From: Torpedo marmorata | Taxonomy: Eukaryota | DNA length: 64,000 nucleotides | Direction: 5' to 3' | NCBI GenBank assembly: GCA_977017645.1 | Contig: OZ360219.1 | Span: 50,158,001-50,222,000 of the forward strand | Shown: piece after piece, positions 11,728-25,400 of the stretch | Position numbering within the stretch: the stretch's first letter is position 1 | How the letters are laid out: each line of letters opens with the position of its first letter | The notes under the pieces: generated by a model | Told to the model about the DNA's origin: nothing | Database searches by the model: none | The model's input: the letters and a program-made list of their open reading frames with translations, nothing else | Position numbers and translations under genes: made by a program

Positions 11728-12528
11728 AAAAAATGGCGGCACTGTTGGAGCTGCTGAAACGACAGCGCTGTTGCTGGTACGATCCCCGGAGAGCGGAGAG
11801 TGGAGACACAGCGCTGTCCTGAGGGATTCAACCACCTGGTCCTATGCCGGCAGCTCTGTACAAGCTTTAGACGGCCTGTTAAAGGAGCCAACGGTGTTTG
11901 TAAGTAAAATTCTGCAACCGCAGAGGGCTGTGTCCAAGATAACGGCACCTGTGCTTGGCAGCGGTCTCGAGGGCTTGCAGACACAGGTGGGCAGCGGACA
12001 CCAGAAACAGGAAGAATCCCTCCCACCCCGTTGAGAAGTAGAGGAGATGACACTATAGGGAAAGTGACCATGGCAGCAGACCAGCGGGGTGCTCAGCCGC
12101 TGAGGGACCCACACAGGCTGCGGGCAACTTGCGGTCGGGGGACCCACATGGACTGCAGGCTGCTGGAGACTGGCTCATGGGAACCAGGTATCAGAGCTGG
12201 GATTTGAGAGAGTGCTGAGGTTAAGAAAGGCTCCCGAAGGGCCTTGTGCACTGAAGGCTTCCTGATTGTGTCGGAGGTTTGGATCTGGAGCTCGGGTTGC
12301 CGAATATGAGTCTGTGCAGCTGCAAAGGCTGCTGGAGCGCTGTGGGTGAATCCACGGACACTCAGTGACTCTGAAGGGACTCTCATGTTCTTCTCTTTCT
12401 CTCTGACAGTAAGGGGCGCTGGCAGTAATGGTGACTCTTTGTCTGCCTTGCAGCAGGCACAAGGCAATTTTGTGTAATATTCCATGTTCTGTACTATTAC
12501 GGACAATAAAGGAATCTTGAATCTTGAA
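11728..12528 (+). mobile_element. Probable non-autonomous retroposon (Rex1/L2-type ends)
   Basis: Starts AAAATGGCGG; ends ACAATAAAGG(AATCTTG)2; GC-rich non-coding interior. Confidence 0.4.
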
Positions 12529-12699
12529 GTGGACACCCAGGCACAATGAAGACAGTTGCCACAAGATTCAACTAACTTCTCACATTGACTGTCTGAGGCC
12601 ATTGAACCAGTGACAAAATAAATACCTTGACCTCACCACATAAATCAAGGTGAGAGATCTGAAATGTGGAACTGTACCACACACGCTGACTTCAGTGTC

Positions 12700-13350
12700 A
12701 ATACTCAGACCACTCAGCACCACTCCTGAAGACAAGCAGAATTATAGGTTCATGTGCACACATGTACCCATGTACAATAGTGCTTTCACAGATGTGCAAG
12801 TGACTTTTCTTCTTCATAGGCTGTCCCTCAGCATTGAAGATGTCTTTCTTCCACTCCAATTCTGTGGGTTCTGAGGTGGTTGATAAGGGTGGAGTGGGAT
12901 CTGCAGGCTTTGCCACAGTGGAGCAGAGAAGGAGGTTCTTGACAGGAAGGACTGATGGGTAATTTGGACGATGTTCTGCTTCTTCCACCATTTACTTTGG
13001 GCTTCTATGTGCTTTTAATGAACAGATTAAAGTATTCCGTACCATCTTTTTTGAGTGCTTATGAATTGGTGAGGATGATATACTGCTTTGAGTGTTTGAG
13101 GGAAGCAATGAACTTTTTCCTCTCTCCACCTGATAATCTCTTGCCATCAAGGTGCTTGGAGTAGAGTGTCTGTTTTGGGAGTCTGATTTCAGGTATGGGT
13201 ATGATAAAAGGAGCTGACTCAATGGAATTTAGATCCTGGAAAGCAGGGATGTTGGCCCAGGAAAGGTGGTGACTGGTTTGCTTATCATGCCAGAGGATCT
13301 GGATGTTTTTGCAGTGATAATGTTGGGTGTTATCTTTTCACACGGTTCCT
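12700..13350 (-). mobile_element. Old RTE LINE 3' remnant
   Basis: Minus translation IPEIRLPKQTLYSKHLDGKRLSGGERKKF resembles the RTE C-terminal RLPKQILYGEL..GKR..GGQRKRF motif. Confidence 0.6.
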
Positions 13351-13479
13351 TACTTTCATGCTGATGCTCAACTTGAACGCGGCACCTTCAATCGCCTGCT
13401 TGCTAGCTGCAACTGACTCTTATACTCTCTTCTGAAGAGGCCCCAAGGTCACGTGATCGCAGCTCCTGTAATCGTAATG

Positions 13480-15232
13480 ATGTTGGAGAAGTGGTAATGG
13501 GGAACAAAGAAATGGTGGATGTACCGGATAGGTATTTTGCATCACTCTTTACTGTGGAAGGCACCAGTGACATGGCAGAAATTTGAGTGTCAGGGGGTCA
13601 GAAGTGAGTGTAGTCACTTACTAAGGAGAAGGTGCTTGGGAAGCTGAAAGGGCTGAAGGTGGATAGGTCACCTGGACTGGATGGACTACACCGCAGTGTT
13701 CTGAAAGAGGTAGCTGAAGAGATTGCAGAGGCATTAGGTGTGATCTTCCAAGAATCGCTCAAGTCTAGAATGGTTCCAGAGGACAGGAAAATTACAAATG
13801 TCACTTCACTCTTTAAGAAGGGAGAGAGATAAAATACAGGTAATTATAGACCAATTAGCCTGACTTCAGTAAGATCCTAGAGTCCATTTTTAAGAATGAG
13901 GTTTCGGGGCTCTTGAAAGCACAAGATAAAACAGGCCAAAGTCAGCATAGTTTGCTTCAGGGGAGATTTTGCCTGAGAAATCAGTTGTAAATCTTTGAGG
14001 AGGTAATGAGCAGGACAGACAAAGGAGAGTCAATGGACATTGTTTACTTGGATTTTCAGGTCTTTGACAAGGTGCTGCACGTGAGGCCGCTTAACAAGAT
14101 AGGAGCCCATGGTAATATGGGAAAGGTAATACATGGATAGAAGATTGCCTAACTGGCAGAAGGCAAAGTGTGGGAATAAAGGGGGCCTTTTCTGGCTGGC
14201 TACCGGTGACTAGTGGTGTTCCTCAGGGGTCGGTGTTAGGTCTGATACTTTCCACTTTGTATGTAAATGATTTAGATGACAGAATTAAGGTCTTTGTGGC
14301 CAAGCCTGTGGATGATACAAAGATTGGTTGAGGGTGGGTAGCGTTGAGGAAGCAGGGATCTGCAGAGGGACTTGGACAGGTTGGGAGAATGAGCAAAGAA
14401 GTAGGAGATGGAATACAGCGTTGGGTAATGTATGGAAGTGTTGGGAAGTCACTTTGATCAAAGGAATAAAGAAGTAAACTATTTTCCAAATGGAGAAATA
14501 ATTCAAAAAGTGGAATCCCAAAAGGAACGAGAGTTCCAGTGCAGGATTTCCTGAAGGTCAACTTGCAGGTTGAGTCGATAGTAATGAAGGCAATGCAATA
14601 TTAGCATTTGCTTCAAGAGGACTAGAATATAAAAAGCAAGGATGTACTGCTGATGCTTTACAAGGTGTTGTTCAGACCTTATTTAAAGTATTGTGAGCAG
14701 TTTTGGGCCCCATATATAAAGCAGGACATGCTGGCGTTGGAGATGGTCCAGAGGAGGTTTATGAGAATAATCCCAGGGACGGGAGGGTTAACATATGAGG
14801 AGAGTTTGATGGCTCTGGGCCTGTACTTCTGGAGTTTAAAATATGAGGGGGGATCTCATCGAAAGCCACCGAATATTGAAAGGGTTAAATAGAGTGGATG
14901 TGGAGAAGATATTACCAGTAGTGGGAGAGTCTAGGACCAGAGTTCACAGCCTCAGAATAAAAGGATGTTCCTTTATAACAGAGATGAGGAGATATAGCAA
15001 GAGGGTGGTAAATCTGTGGAATTCATTGCCACAGACAGCTTTGGAGGCCAAGTCACTGGGTATATTTGAAGTGGAGGCTGATAGGCTCTTGATTAGTAAG
15101 GGTGTCAAAAGATAGGGGGAGAAGGCAGCACAATGGGATTGAGAGGAAAAATAGATCAGCCATGAGTTGAATGGCAGAGTAGACTAGATGGACCAAATGG
15201 ACTAATTCTGCTACTATGTTTTCTGGTCTTAT
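13480..15232 (+). mobile_element. CR1 LINE ORF2 fragment with 3' tail, degenerate
   Basis: KVDRSPGLDGLH, VPQGSVLG, RPYLKYCEQFWAP, VQRRFMRIIP, RVVNLWNSLP motifs. Confidence 0.9.
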
Positions 15233-16084
15233 GGAACGGCAGAGGAAGTGCTGTATCTTCCTGGTGTGCACCCATCCACCCTCTCTCATTCTCTGACTAA
15301 TATGTTTGTGCATTTGTTTATCACTCCCATAAATGGCCTCATAGACTGAATATAACGTATTTTATCATAAATGAAAAAAAGGCCCCTGATCCAAAACATG
15401 GACTATCCATTACTCTCCGTGGATGCTTTCTGACCCATTGATCCCTCTTGCTTCTCATTGTTTGCTCAAAGTTCTGCATCTGCAGTTTCTTGTGTCGATA
15501 ATAAATGCTGGTCTTGTTAGCAATAATTGTAGGAATAATTGAAGGAATAACCCCTACTTCGTCAGTGCCAGAACAGCCAATAGCCCTTGATCATTCCTTT
15601 CACAGACTGTTTCTTTCAATTGACATGTGTACTCTGCCACCAATTAGAATAACAGATGAACTGATGAAGATCTTGGTGATTTAACACATGTGATTGTAAC
15701 TAAGTACATAGATGATTTTGTATACTTGTGATAATATTAAGAAAAAAGAATATAGCTTTCTCTTCATTCTGACTCCCTCTCTGGCATTTAATTTTTGCAG
15801 TAGGTGGCAGTCTAAACAGATTCATTCAGCCTTGCTCCCAGAATCACACAATTGATAAAGTTTAAGAATGACTGAATTCTGATCCAAAAGACCAATTGGG
15901 GCTGCTATTCTGTTTGCAGTGATCTCCTTCCAAGACATATATGTAACAGGAAATTGCAGGAGCACCAAAACTTGTTAACTTTCTATTCATTTTGACAGGA
16001 TGTTTTGAGCAGTACTCACAGAATTCCCAATGGCCATGGTTGGTGGTGAAACTCCCAATAATCTAGCCTTATGTTTTGCAGGTC

Positions 16085-19000
16085 TGATGAGCCCATCAAT
16101 AACTCCAAAAGACAAGAAGTTACACAAGTACTGAAAGGCTTTTATTGGCAAAAGAATGGAGCTCCATTCGTGCTGGTGATCTGTCCCGGACTGGGGGAGG
16201 AGTGGTGGCACAATGGCCTTTATTCAGGGGGTCTGTGGGAGGAGCCACCGGGACAGTCAGCAGGGGCATGTCCAGACCTATCACCCAGTCCACATTGTTT
16301 ACCACATTCACCCATCCTTTTTAAAAGAGTCCAGCGGGGTGAAGTGTATAACAATATTTACAAAGAATTAAAATCACAAATCGAGTTGATCAGGCAGTCG
16401 AGTCCGCCGCTGTGATCGGCGCAGTACTTGTGGTGATGGGGCAGGTGGCGATGCTGCCTCCTGCCTGATTTGGGGCACCAGCACGTCTGGCAATCGCGAA
16501 ACCTCGGGTGAACATGCCGGTATGTTTGGTGTCATGTTTGAATTGGGTGGTGCCTCTTGTGTGTCCTTAATGTTAGGTAAGGAGGTAACAGTAACTACGG
16601 AGTGTTCGAGGGCAGCGGCGGGTCCCAGTGCTCCTGCGGTTGCCAGGTCCCGGATGGAGACCGTGTCTTCCCGCCCATCAGGAAAAACCACATAGGCATA
16701 CTGGGGGTTCACGTGTAATAATTGGACCCTCTCGACCATCGCGGCATATTTATTGCTCCTGACATGTTTCCGGAGCAGCACTGGCCCTGAGGACGTCAGC
16801 CATGCTGGTAGGGTAGTCCCGGTGGTCGACTTTCTGGGGAAGGAAAAGAGTCTCTCATGAGGTGTAGCATTGGTGGATTTGCATAGCAGGGATCGGATAG
16901 AGTAGAGTGCCTCGGGAAGGACTTCTTGCCAGTGGGAGACTGGTAATCCCTTAGACGTGAGGGCTAAGAGTGTGGCTTTCCAGACCGTGGCGTTCTCCCT
17001 CTCCACTTGTCCATTACCCCGTGGGTTATAGCTCATGGTCCTGCTAGTCGCGATACCTTTGGCCAGCAGGTATTGGCGCAGCTCGTCACTCATAAACGAG
17101 GACCCTCGGTCGCTATGGATATAGCAGGGGTATCCAAACAATGTGAAGAATTTGCAGAGGGCCCTTATGACTGAGGTGGTAGTGGTATCGGGGCAGGGAA
17201 TGGCGAAAGGGAACCGTGAGTACTCATCAATAACGTTGAGGAAGTACACATTGCGGTCGGTGGAGGGAAGGGGGCCCTTAAAGTCGACGCTTAGTCGCTC
17301 AAATGGGCGGGTTGCTTTTATCAACTGTGCCTTGTCAGGACGGTAGAAGTGCGGTTTGCACTCTGCGCAGACTTGGCAGCTGCTGGTCATCGTCCTGACC
17401 TCTTCCAGGGAGTACGGTAGATTACGAGCTTTCACAAAGTGAAAAAGCCTGGTAACTCCGGGGTGGCAGAGGTCACAGTGGAGGGCATATAACCGGTCGA
17501 TCTGTGCGCTAGCGCACGTCCCCCGAGATAGAGCATCGGAGGGCACATTAAGCTTCCCGGGCCGATACATTATATTTTAGTTGTAGGTGGAGAGTTCGAT
17601 TCTCTACCTCAGGATTTTATCATTTTTGATTTTACCCCGCTGCTGGTTGCTGAACATGAATGCGACTGAGCGTTGGTCAGTCAGCAGGGTAAACCTTTTG
17701 CCAGCGAGATAGTGCCTCCAGTGCCTGATAGCTTCCACTATGGCTTGGGCCTCTTTCTCCACCGCTGAGTGCCGAATTTCTGGGCCTTGAAGTGTACGGG
17801 AGAAGAACGCCACCGGTCTTCCCGCCTGGTTGAGGGTAGCAACCAGTGCGAAGTCGGACGCGTCACTCTCTACTTGAAAGGGAGTGGACTCGTCCACCGC
17901 GTGCATTGTTGCTCTGGCAATGTTCCCTTTTATGAGGCTGAAAGCCTCACGTGCCTCCGTTGTAAGGGGAAAAGTGGTGGACTTGACTGGGGGCAGGCCT
18001 TGTCAGCATAATTAGGGATCCATTGAGCATAGTAAGAAAAGAAGCCCAAGCACCTTTTGAGGGCTTTGAGGGTGTGGGGAAGCGGTAGTTCCAACAGGGG
18101 GCGCATGCGGTCGGGGTCGGGGCCGATGACCCCATTCTCCACAACACACCCCAGGATAGCGAGTCGGGTGGTTCCGAACACGCACTTATCCTTGTTATAG
18201 GTGAGGTTAAGTGCTTTGGCCGCCTGGAGGAACATCCGAAGATTGTTATCGTGGTCCTGGCGATCGTGACCACAGATAGTGATTTTATCTAAGTATGGAA
18301 AAGTGGCCTTTAATTTGCATTGGTCCACCATCTTGTCCATCTCCCTCTGGAAGACGGATACCCCATTTGTGACCCCAAAGGGAATGCGCAGGAAATGATA
18401 GAGTCTGCCGTCCGCCTCGAAGGCGGTGTAGGGGCGGTCCTCCCGGCATATGGGGAGCTGGTGGTAAGCAGATTTGAGGTCTATGGTGGAGAAAAGCTTA
18501 TACTGAGCTATCTGGTTCACTATATCTGCAATGCGTGGTAGAGGGTACGCGTCAAGCTGTGTGAACCTATTGACGGTCTGACTATAATCTACCACCATCC
18601 TGTTTTTCTCCCCGTTCTTGACGCCAACCACTTGGGCCCTCCAGGGACTTGTGCTCGCCTCGATGATCCCTTCCCCAAGTAACCGCTGCACCTCTGACTT
18701 AATGAATGCCTGGTCCCTGCGCTATATCTCCTGCTTTTGGTTGCCACGGGTTTACAACCAGGGGTCAGGTTGGCGAACAGCGTTGGGGGCGGGATCTTGA
18801 GGGTGGATAGACCGCAAGTAGTGTGGTGTGACAAAATATTTCTGCCGTTTTTAAGAAATTGGTGATTACCGACAGTAATCGGTGGGAGGGGCCCGTCATA
18901 CTCCATAGTCACACTTTGTTGTGGGGAAGCGGTAGTTCCAACAGGGGGCGCATGCGGTCGGGGTCGGGGCCGATGACCCCGTTCTCCACAACACACCCCA

Positions 19001-20716
19001 GGATAGCGAGTCGGGTGGTTCCGAACACGCACTTATCCTTGTTATAGGTGAGGTTAAGTGCTTTGGCCGCCTGGAGGAACATCCGAAGATTGTTATCGTG
19101 GTCCTGGCCGTCGTGACCGCAGATAGTGATGTTATCTAAGTATGGAAAAGTGGCCTTTAATTTGCATTGGTCCACCATCCTGTCCATCTCCCTCTGGAAG
19201 ACGGATACCCCATTTGTGACCCCAAAGGGAACGTGCAGGAAATGATAGAGTCTGCCGTCCGCCTCGAAGGCGGTGTAGGGGCGGTCCTCCTGGCTGTGTC
19301 GTGAGGCCACATCGCTGTACCATGTCTGGGTGGATGAAGCTCTCTGTGCTGCCTGTGTCGAACAGGCAGTTTGTTCTGTGTCCCTTGACCATGATGTCCA
19401 TCATCGACCTCGAGAGTTGGTGGGGTGCACTTTGGTTGAGTGTAACTGACGCCAACGTTGGGTCGCTGTCTTGATCCGACGCGATGGGGTGCCAGGTGTT
19501 CCGGGGTGGCGGCACCCTGTGTTGGCGCGATGGCGTGGAACAAAATGGCCGCTCCCATGACTCGCACGTGTTGGCCACGGGTAGGTAAGATGGCGGCGAC
19601 AGAAGTGACGACACACAAGATGGCCGCCCCCATACTTCGCACGTGTTGGCCGTGGCCGCGGGTAGGTAAGATGGCAGAGACGGAAGTGACGACACATAAG
19701 ATGGCCGCCACCAAGCCTCGCACGCGGCGCTGCTCGATCCCGCTCGCGGTTTTGATCTACAGACCTTAGCGAAGTGGCCTTTCTTCCCGCAGCTGGAGCA
19801 GGTCGCTTCTCGGGCCGGGCAACGTTTCCGGGGGTGCTTCTCAAGTCCGCAGAAATAGCATTTCTCGGGCTCGCGACTGATGGCAGCAGTGGTCGATTCA
19901 CTGGCATGGTGGGGGGTCGGCGGCATCCACGGAGCCTGCTGGAGATCGCACGCCTGGATAGCATCCAAGTTCTGTAGCGCGGCCTCCAGCGTATCGGCCA
20001 GCTCGATCGCGGAACACAAGGTGGCACACATACACTGACCTGGTCCCCGTAACGAAAGTGTCTCTCACTAGGAGCTCTGCGTGTTGTTCGGCCGTCAGTC
20101 CACGGCAGTCGCAGGCCCGCACGAGTGTTTGTAGGGCCCGTACGAACTCCGCGCTCGGCTCCCCGGGCCGCTGCTGCCACGTCGCTAGCCTGTGTCTCGC
20201 ATATACGGTATTCACAGGCCATATATACTGTCTTTTAAGGGCATTCATCACATCTTCATAAGTCTGCAGATCTCGGATCATAGAGTAGACTCGTGGGCTT
20301 ACCCTAGAGAGGAGGACCTTGCGTTTTGCGGCGTCTTCTTGCACTTTGATCTCCTCCAGGAACGATTCAAAACAGGCTAGCCAGAGTTCGAAGGCATTGC
20401 CAGCTTCCGGTGTTTGTGGGTCGAGGTCCAGTTTGTCTGGTCTCAAGACATTCTCCATGTTTACAATTTTGCCAATAAAATTGATGAGCCCATCAATAAC
20501 TCCAAAAGACTAGAAGTTACTTAAGAACTGAAAGGCTTTTATTAGCAAAAGAATGGAGCGACATTCATGCTGGTGATCTGTCCCGGACTGGGAGAGGAGC
20601 AGTGGCACAATGGCCTTTATTCAGGGGGTCTGTGGGCGGAGCTACCGGGACAGTCAGCAGAGGACATGTCCAGACATATCACCCAGCCCACAACCCATAC
20701 ATAGTGGTTTACCACA
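16085..20716 (-). mobile_element. Gypsy element E2, full length, internally rearranged
   Basis: LTRs 16085-16306 and 20482-20716; TSD AGGTC/AGTTC; PPT adjacent to 16306. Confidence 0.96.
16374..20458 (-). pseudogene. E2 gag-pol, disrupted, with duplicated RT segment
   Basis: ORF pieces for Gag (MENVLRPDKLDLDP), CCHC, PR (LFDTGSTESF), RT, RNase H and a 398-aa IN piece. Confidence 0.93.
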
Positions 20717-20871
20717 AGTTCACAGCCTAATATTCACATCTCTGTCACTGCACAACCATGTTGGTGATACCACTAAAGTTAAAAGGTTTTACCATCCTCA
20801 TGAATTTAAGTGATTGCATTGAAAAGCAGCCATTCATATTTCGTCAGTTCCTCTTGCGGCATATACACAAT

Positions 20872-21015
20872 CTTCTCTGTGGATTGTCACCTCGTCGTGT
20901 TGGAGAAGCTTGTGTGGTCCTGAGATCCCGAGAGCGATGCCGCCTGGAGCTATGCTCCTGGTAGGGCCACCCATGGCGGTAAGGTCGAGGGGAGGTCCCT
21001 GACAAAGAACAATCC
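20872..21015 (+). ncRNA. Candidate HDV-like ribozyme at the RTE 5' end
   Basis: GGATTGT (20881-20887) pairs with ACAATCC (21009-21015); CAC-CTCGTC-GTG stem-loop; TTCTCTG/TTGGAGAA as P1. Confidence 0.45.
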
Positions 21016-21334
21016 AACCAAGTCCTCAACGGTGGAACAGGTGGACGAAGTTACTTCAAACTCAATGGCTGTGAAGGCGGACGAAGGCTGCAACAAATCC
21101 ATCAGCTCCAATCGTCGTGGTTTTCATGCCATTGAAACTAGTTGGTTGATTTGTGAAGTATCGTGTGCTTCTTGGAGTGCAACATTAAGTACACATTAAA
21201 CAAATACACGCACAGGCGTCTTCGCTCGGTGGGCCAATTTCCAAGATTGGACTCTTAAGCCGCTTGAGAGCCCATAAATAGATCAATGGAACGAAGACCA
21301 TCATCCTCGACCTCGAGGGATAGCCACGATGACG
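20872..21334 (+). mobile_element. Non-autonomous RTE (Expander/Rex3-like) retroposon: 5'UTR plus 3' tail
   Basis: 11-bp TSD ATATACACAAT (20861-20871, 21335-21345); 5' part resembles RTE 5'UTRs (CACCTCGTCGTG...CTGGTAGGG); short GAT/GAC tail. Confidence 0.75.
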
Positions 21335-21595
21335 ATATACACAATTCATTGGCCATAACTTGAACTGATCTGGAATTCAATATCCATTAATTCAGCTGTG
21401 ATGATGAACACAGAAACAATTTGGAAATTCTTAGTAGGACCAAAGCTCAGAAGACTACGAGCCACAAAACACGGATGATGATAAAGCAAGTGGGATTAGC
21501 ATAAATCAGCGTGGACTCAATGGGCTGAAGGGCCAGTATTTGTGCTGTACGACATCATCGACGCCTCTCATTCTGAGTGCTAGTCTGCAAGCACT

Positions 21596-22474
21596 TCAGC
21601 ACTGCTCCAGTAGGTCAGCACTGCTCCAGTAGGTCTGCACTGCTCCAGTAGGTCTGCACTGCTCCAGTAGGTCAGCACTGCTCCAGTAGGCCTGCACTGC
21701 TCCAGTAGGTCTGCACTGCTCCAGTAGGTCTGCACTGCTCCAGTAGGTCTGCACTGCTCCAATAGGTCTGCACTGCTCCAGTAGGTCAGCACTGCTCCAG
21801 TAGGTCTGCACTGCTCCAGTAGGTCAGCACTGCTCCAGTAGGTCTGCACTGCTCCAGTAGGTCAGCACTGCTCCAGTAGGTCTGCACTGCTCCAGTAGGT
21901 CAGCACTGCTCCAGTAGGTCTGCATTGCTCCAGTAGGTCAGCACTGCTCCAGTAGGTCTGCACTGCTCCAGTAGGTCAGCACTGCTCCAGTAGGCCTGCA
22001 CTGCTCCAGTAGGTCAGCACTGCTCCAGTAGGCCTGCACTGCTCCAGTAGGCCTGCACTGCTCCAGTAGGTCAGCACTGCTCCAGTAGGTCTGCACTGCT
22101 CCAGTAGGTCAGCACTGCTCCAGTAGGTCTGCACTGCTCCAGTAGGTCAGCACTGCTCCAGTAGGTCTGCACTGCTCCAGTAGGTCAGCACTGCTCCAGT
22201 AGGTCTGCACTGCTCCAGTAGGTCAGCACTGCTCCAGTAGGCCTGCACTGCTCCAGTAGGCCTGCACTGCTCCAGTAGGTCAGCACTGCTCCAGTAGGCC
22301 TGCACTGCTCCAGTAGGCCTGCACTGCTCCAGTAGGTCTGCACTGCTCCAGTAGACCTGCACTGCTCCAGTAAGCCTGCACTGCTCCAGTAGGTCAGCAC
22401 TGCTCCAGTAGGCCTGCACTGCTCCAGTAGGCCTGCACTGCTCCAGTAGGTCAGCACTGCTCCAGTAGGCCTGC
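21596..22474. repeat. 20-bp minisatellite (GCACTGCTCCAGTAGG[T/C]C[T/A])n, left part, about 44 units
   Basis: Direct tandem repeats, no spacers. Confidence 0.98.
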
Positions 22475-25400
22475 TGTGGTAAACCACTGTTTGTGTATTG
22501 TATGTACTGCTGTCTGTCCCAGCGACTCCTCTCCCCTCCTTTGGGTGTCCAGGTAATCCCTCCCCTTTTCTCACCCGAATAAAGGCCTGTGTGCTACGGC
22601 TCCGCCCACACTCCGGGATAGATCTGCAAGTCCACTGTTGGTCTGTTTTATGTGTATTAAAGCCTATGGTTCGTTAACCCTCTCACAGTCTATTGAGTGC
22701 TAATTGATAGGCATATCAATTTAATACACATAAGAAAAATTATGGAAGGCGCCCTCCGACCGGACCGACTGGACATCGACCCTTTAGCTCCTGATGCTGG
22801 CCATGCATTCGAACACTGGCTACGCTGCCTCCGATCGTTCTCAAAGGAGGTCAAGGCCGAAAGCGACGAGCAGAAACTAGAGGTCCTCGTATCTAGGGTA
22901 AGCCCTCGGTTGTATTCAACCATCTGGAAATGCGAAACGTACGACGAGGCGATGGAGGCCCTGAGAAAGATCTATGTGACCCCTGTTAATGAGGTCTACG
23001 CAAGGTACAGACTATCGTTGCGAAAACAGCGGGCCGGGGAGTCAATAGTGGACTTTGTCAGGGACATCCAGTCCCTTGTGCGAGCGTGCGCCTGTAAAGC
23101 GCTGACTGAAGAACAACATGTTGATCTGCTGGAGAGGGACACCTTTATTATGGGGATGAGGTCAGTATACGTACGCCAGCGGCTGCTGGAGCACTCTGAC
23201 CTCGATCTCCGTTCTGCGGTGGCGATGGCTCGCACGCTGGAGTCCGCGCTGCAGAACTCCGACGCGATGCAGACGCGGGACCCCCAGGCTAATGCGTGGA
23301 TCGCCCCGTTCCCCAGCCCCACCAATCCAACAGTGGCCGCTGTGGCCCGCGACCCAATTGCTGCCGCCGCTACCCGCGACCCGACCGCTACCGACGCTAC
23401 TCTCACCGCCGCAGCTGTTAATCGCGAGCCCGAGAAGTGCTACTTCTGCGGGCTCGACAAGCATACGAGGAAACGCTGCCCGGCCCGCGACGCGACTTGT
23501 TCCAACTGCGGCAAGAAAGGCCACTTCGCGAAGGCCTGCCGCTCCAAGCCGCACGCGGGCCCGAGTAGTGCCGCGTGCGAGAGATGGGAGCGGCCATCTT
23601 GCAGACTGGCACTTCCGGTGCCGACCGCGTGTGAGGAGTGGAAGCGGCCATCTTTCATGCTGGCACTTCCGGCGCCGCCATCTCAGAGCAGTACCTCGTT
23701 ACTTCCTGCACTTCCGGCGCCGCCATTTTGTACAGAGACCTCCAGCGATACTTGCAACCCACGGGAGCGGCCATTTTTAAAGACCTCGGACCAAGACGAC
23801 TTCATCCCAACTTTGGCATCCATCACACTCGACCAGAACGTTCCCCACTAGCTGACAAGATCCATGATGGACATACTGGTCGAGGGACACAAGATAACGT
23901 GTTTATTCGACACTGGCAGCACTGAGAGCTTTATCCACCCGGATACTGTTCAACGCTGTGGCCTAACGATCATACCGGTAAGCCAGAGGGTGGCCATGGC
24001 GTCGGGGTCCCACACAACAGACATCCAGGGGGCGTGTGTGGCGAACATTGTGGTACAAGGGACTGAGTACCGGCAATTTTCCTTGTTTGTCATGAACCGT
24101 TTGTGTGCGCCGGTGTTACTGGGTTTGGATTTTCAGAGCCATTTGCAGAGCGTTACAATGCGGTATGACGGTCCTCTCCCCGCGATCACTGTAGCCAAAC
24201 ACCAGTTCCTGGATAGCACGCCCGAAACCACCTGTGGTCTCTCCACCCTTAAGATCTCGCCTCCGTCGTTGTTTGCGAACCTGACCCCGGACTGTAGGCC
24301 TGTGGCAACTAAAAGCAAGCATTACAGTGCCGAGGACAGAGCATTTATCAAGACGGAGGTGCAGAGACTGCTACAGGAAGGGATTATAGAGAAGAGTAAT
24401 AGTCCCTGGAGAGCCCAGGTGGTTGTTGTAAAAGGGGCCAAGAGCAGAATGGTGGTGGGCTACAGCCAAACCATTAACAGGTTTACGCTACTAGACGCAT
24501 ACCCGCTACCACGGATAGCAGAGATGGTGAACCAAATTGCCCAATACCGTCTCTTTTCCACCATCGACTTGAAATCGGCATATCACCAGCTCCCTATCCG
24601 TCGGGAGGACCGTTCATACACCGCGTTCGAGGCAGATGGCAGGCTGTTCCAATTCCTGCGCCTTCCGTTTGGTGTTACTAATGGTGTTTCTGTTTCAAGC
24701 GGGAGATGGACAGGATTGTGGACCATTACAAACTTAAAGCCACTTTCCCATATCTTGACGACATTACCATCTGTGGTTATGATCGTCAGGACCATGACAA
24801 CAACCTCCGGAGGTTCCTGCAGGCGGCCAAAGCTCTAAACCTCACGTATAACAAAGAAAAATGCGTGTTTGGTACCACTCGCCTCGCTATTTTGGGGTAT
24901 GTGGTCGAGAACGGGGTAATTAGACCAGACCCCGAACGCATGCGGCCCCTGCTGGAACTTCCGCTCCCCACCAATCCCAGAGCCCTTAAACGATGCCTCG
25001 GGTTCTTTTCCTATTATGCCCAATGGGTCCCAAATTATGCGGATAAGGCCCGACCCCTTGTGAAATCCACTGCATTTCCCCTTGCTTCGGAGGCACGTAA
25101 GGCGTTCGACCTTATAAAAGGGGACATTGCGTGAGCAACAATGCACGCAGTGGATGAGGAGACACCTTTCCAGGTGGAGAGTGACGCATCGGACTTCGCG
25201 CTGGCTGCTACCCTCAACCAGGCGGGAAGGCCGGTGGCATTTTTCTCTCGAACCCTTCAGGGCCCCGAAATTCGGCACTCAGCGGTGGAGAAGGAAGCCC
25301 AGGCCATAGTGGAGGCCATCAGGCATTGGAGGCACTATCTCGCCGGTAAGCATTTTACCCTGTTGACAGATCAACGCTCTGTGGCATTCATGTTCAACAA

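Noticed and set aside
21596-22474. CRISPR-like array, and repetitive ORFs (YWSSADLLEQCRPTGAV)n
   Set aside because: Head-to-tail repeats without unique spacers in a eukaryotic context; the ORFs are translation artefacts of the minisatellite.
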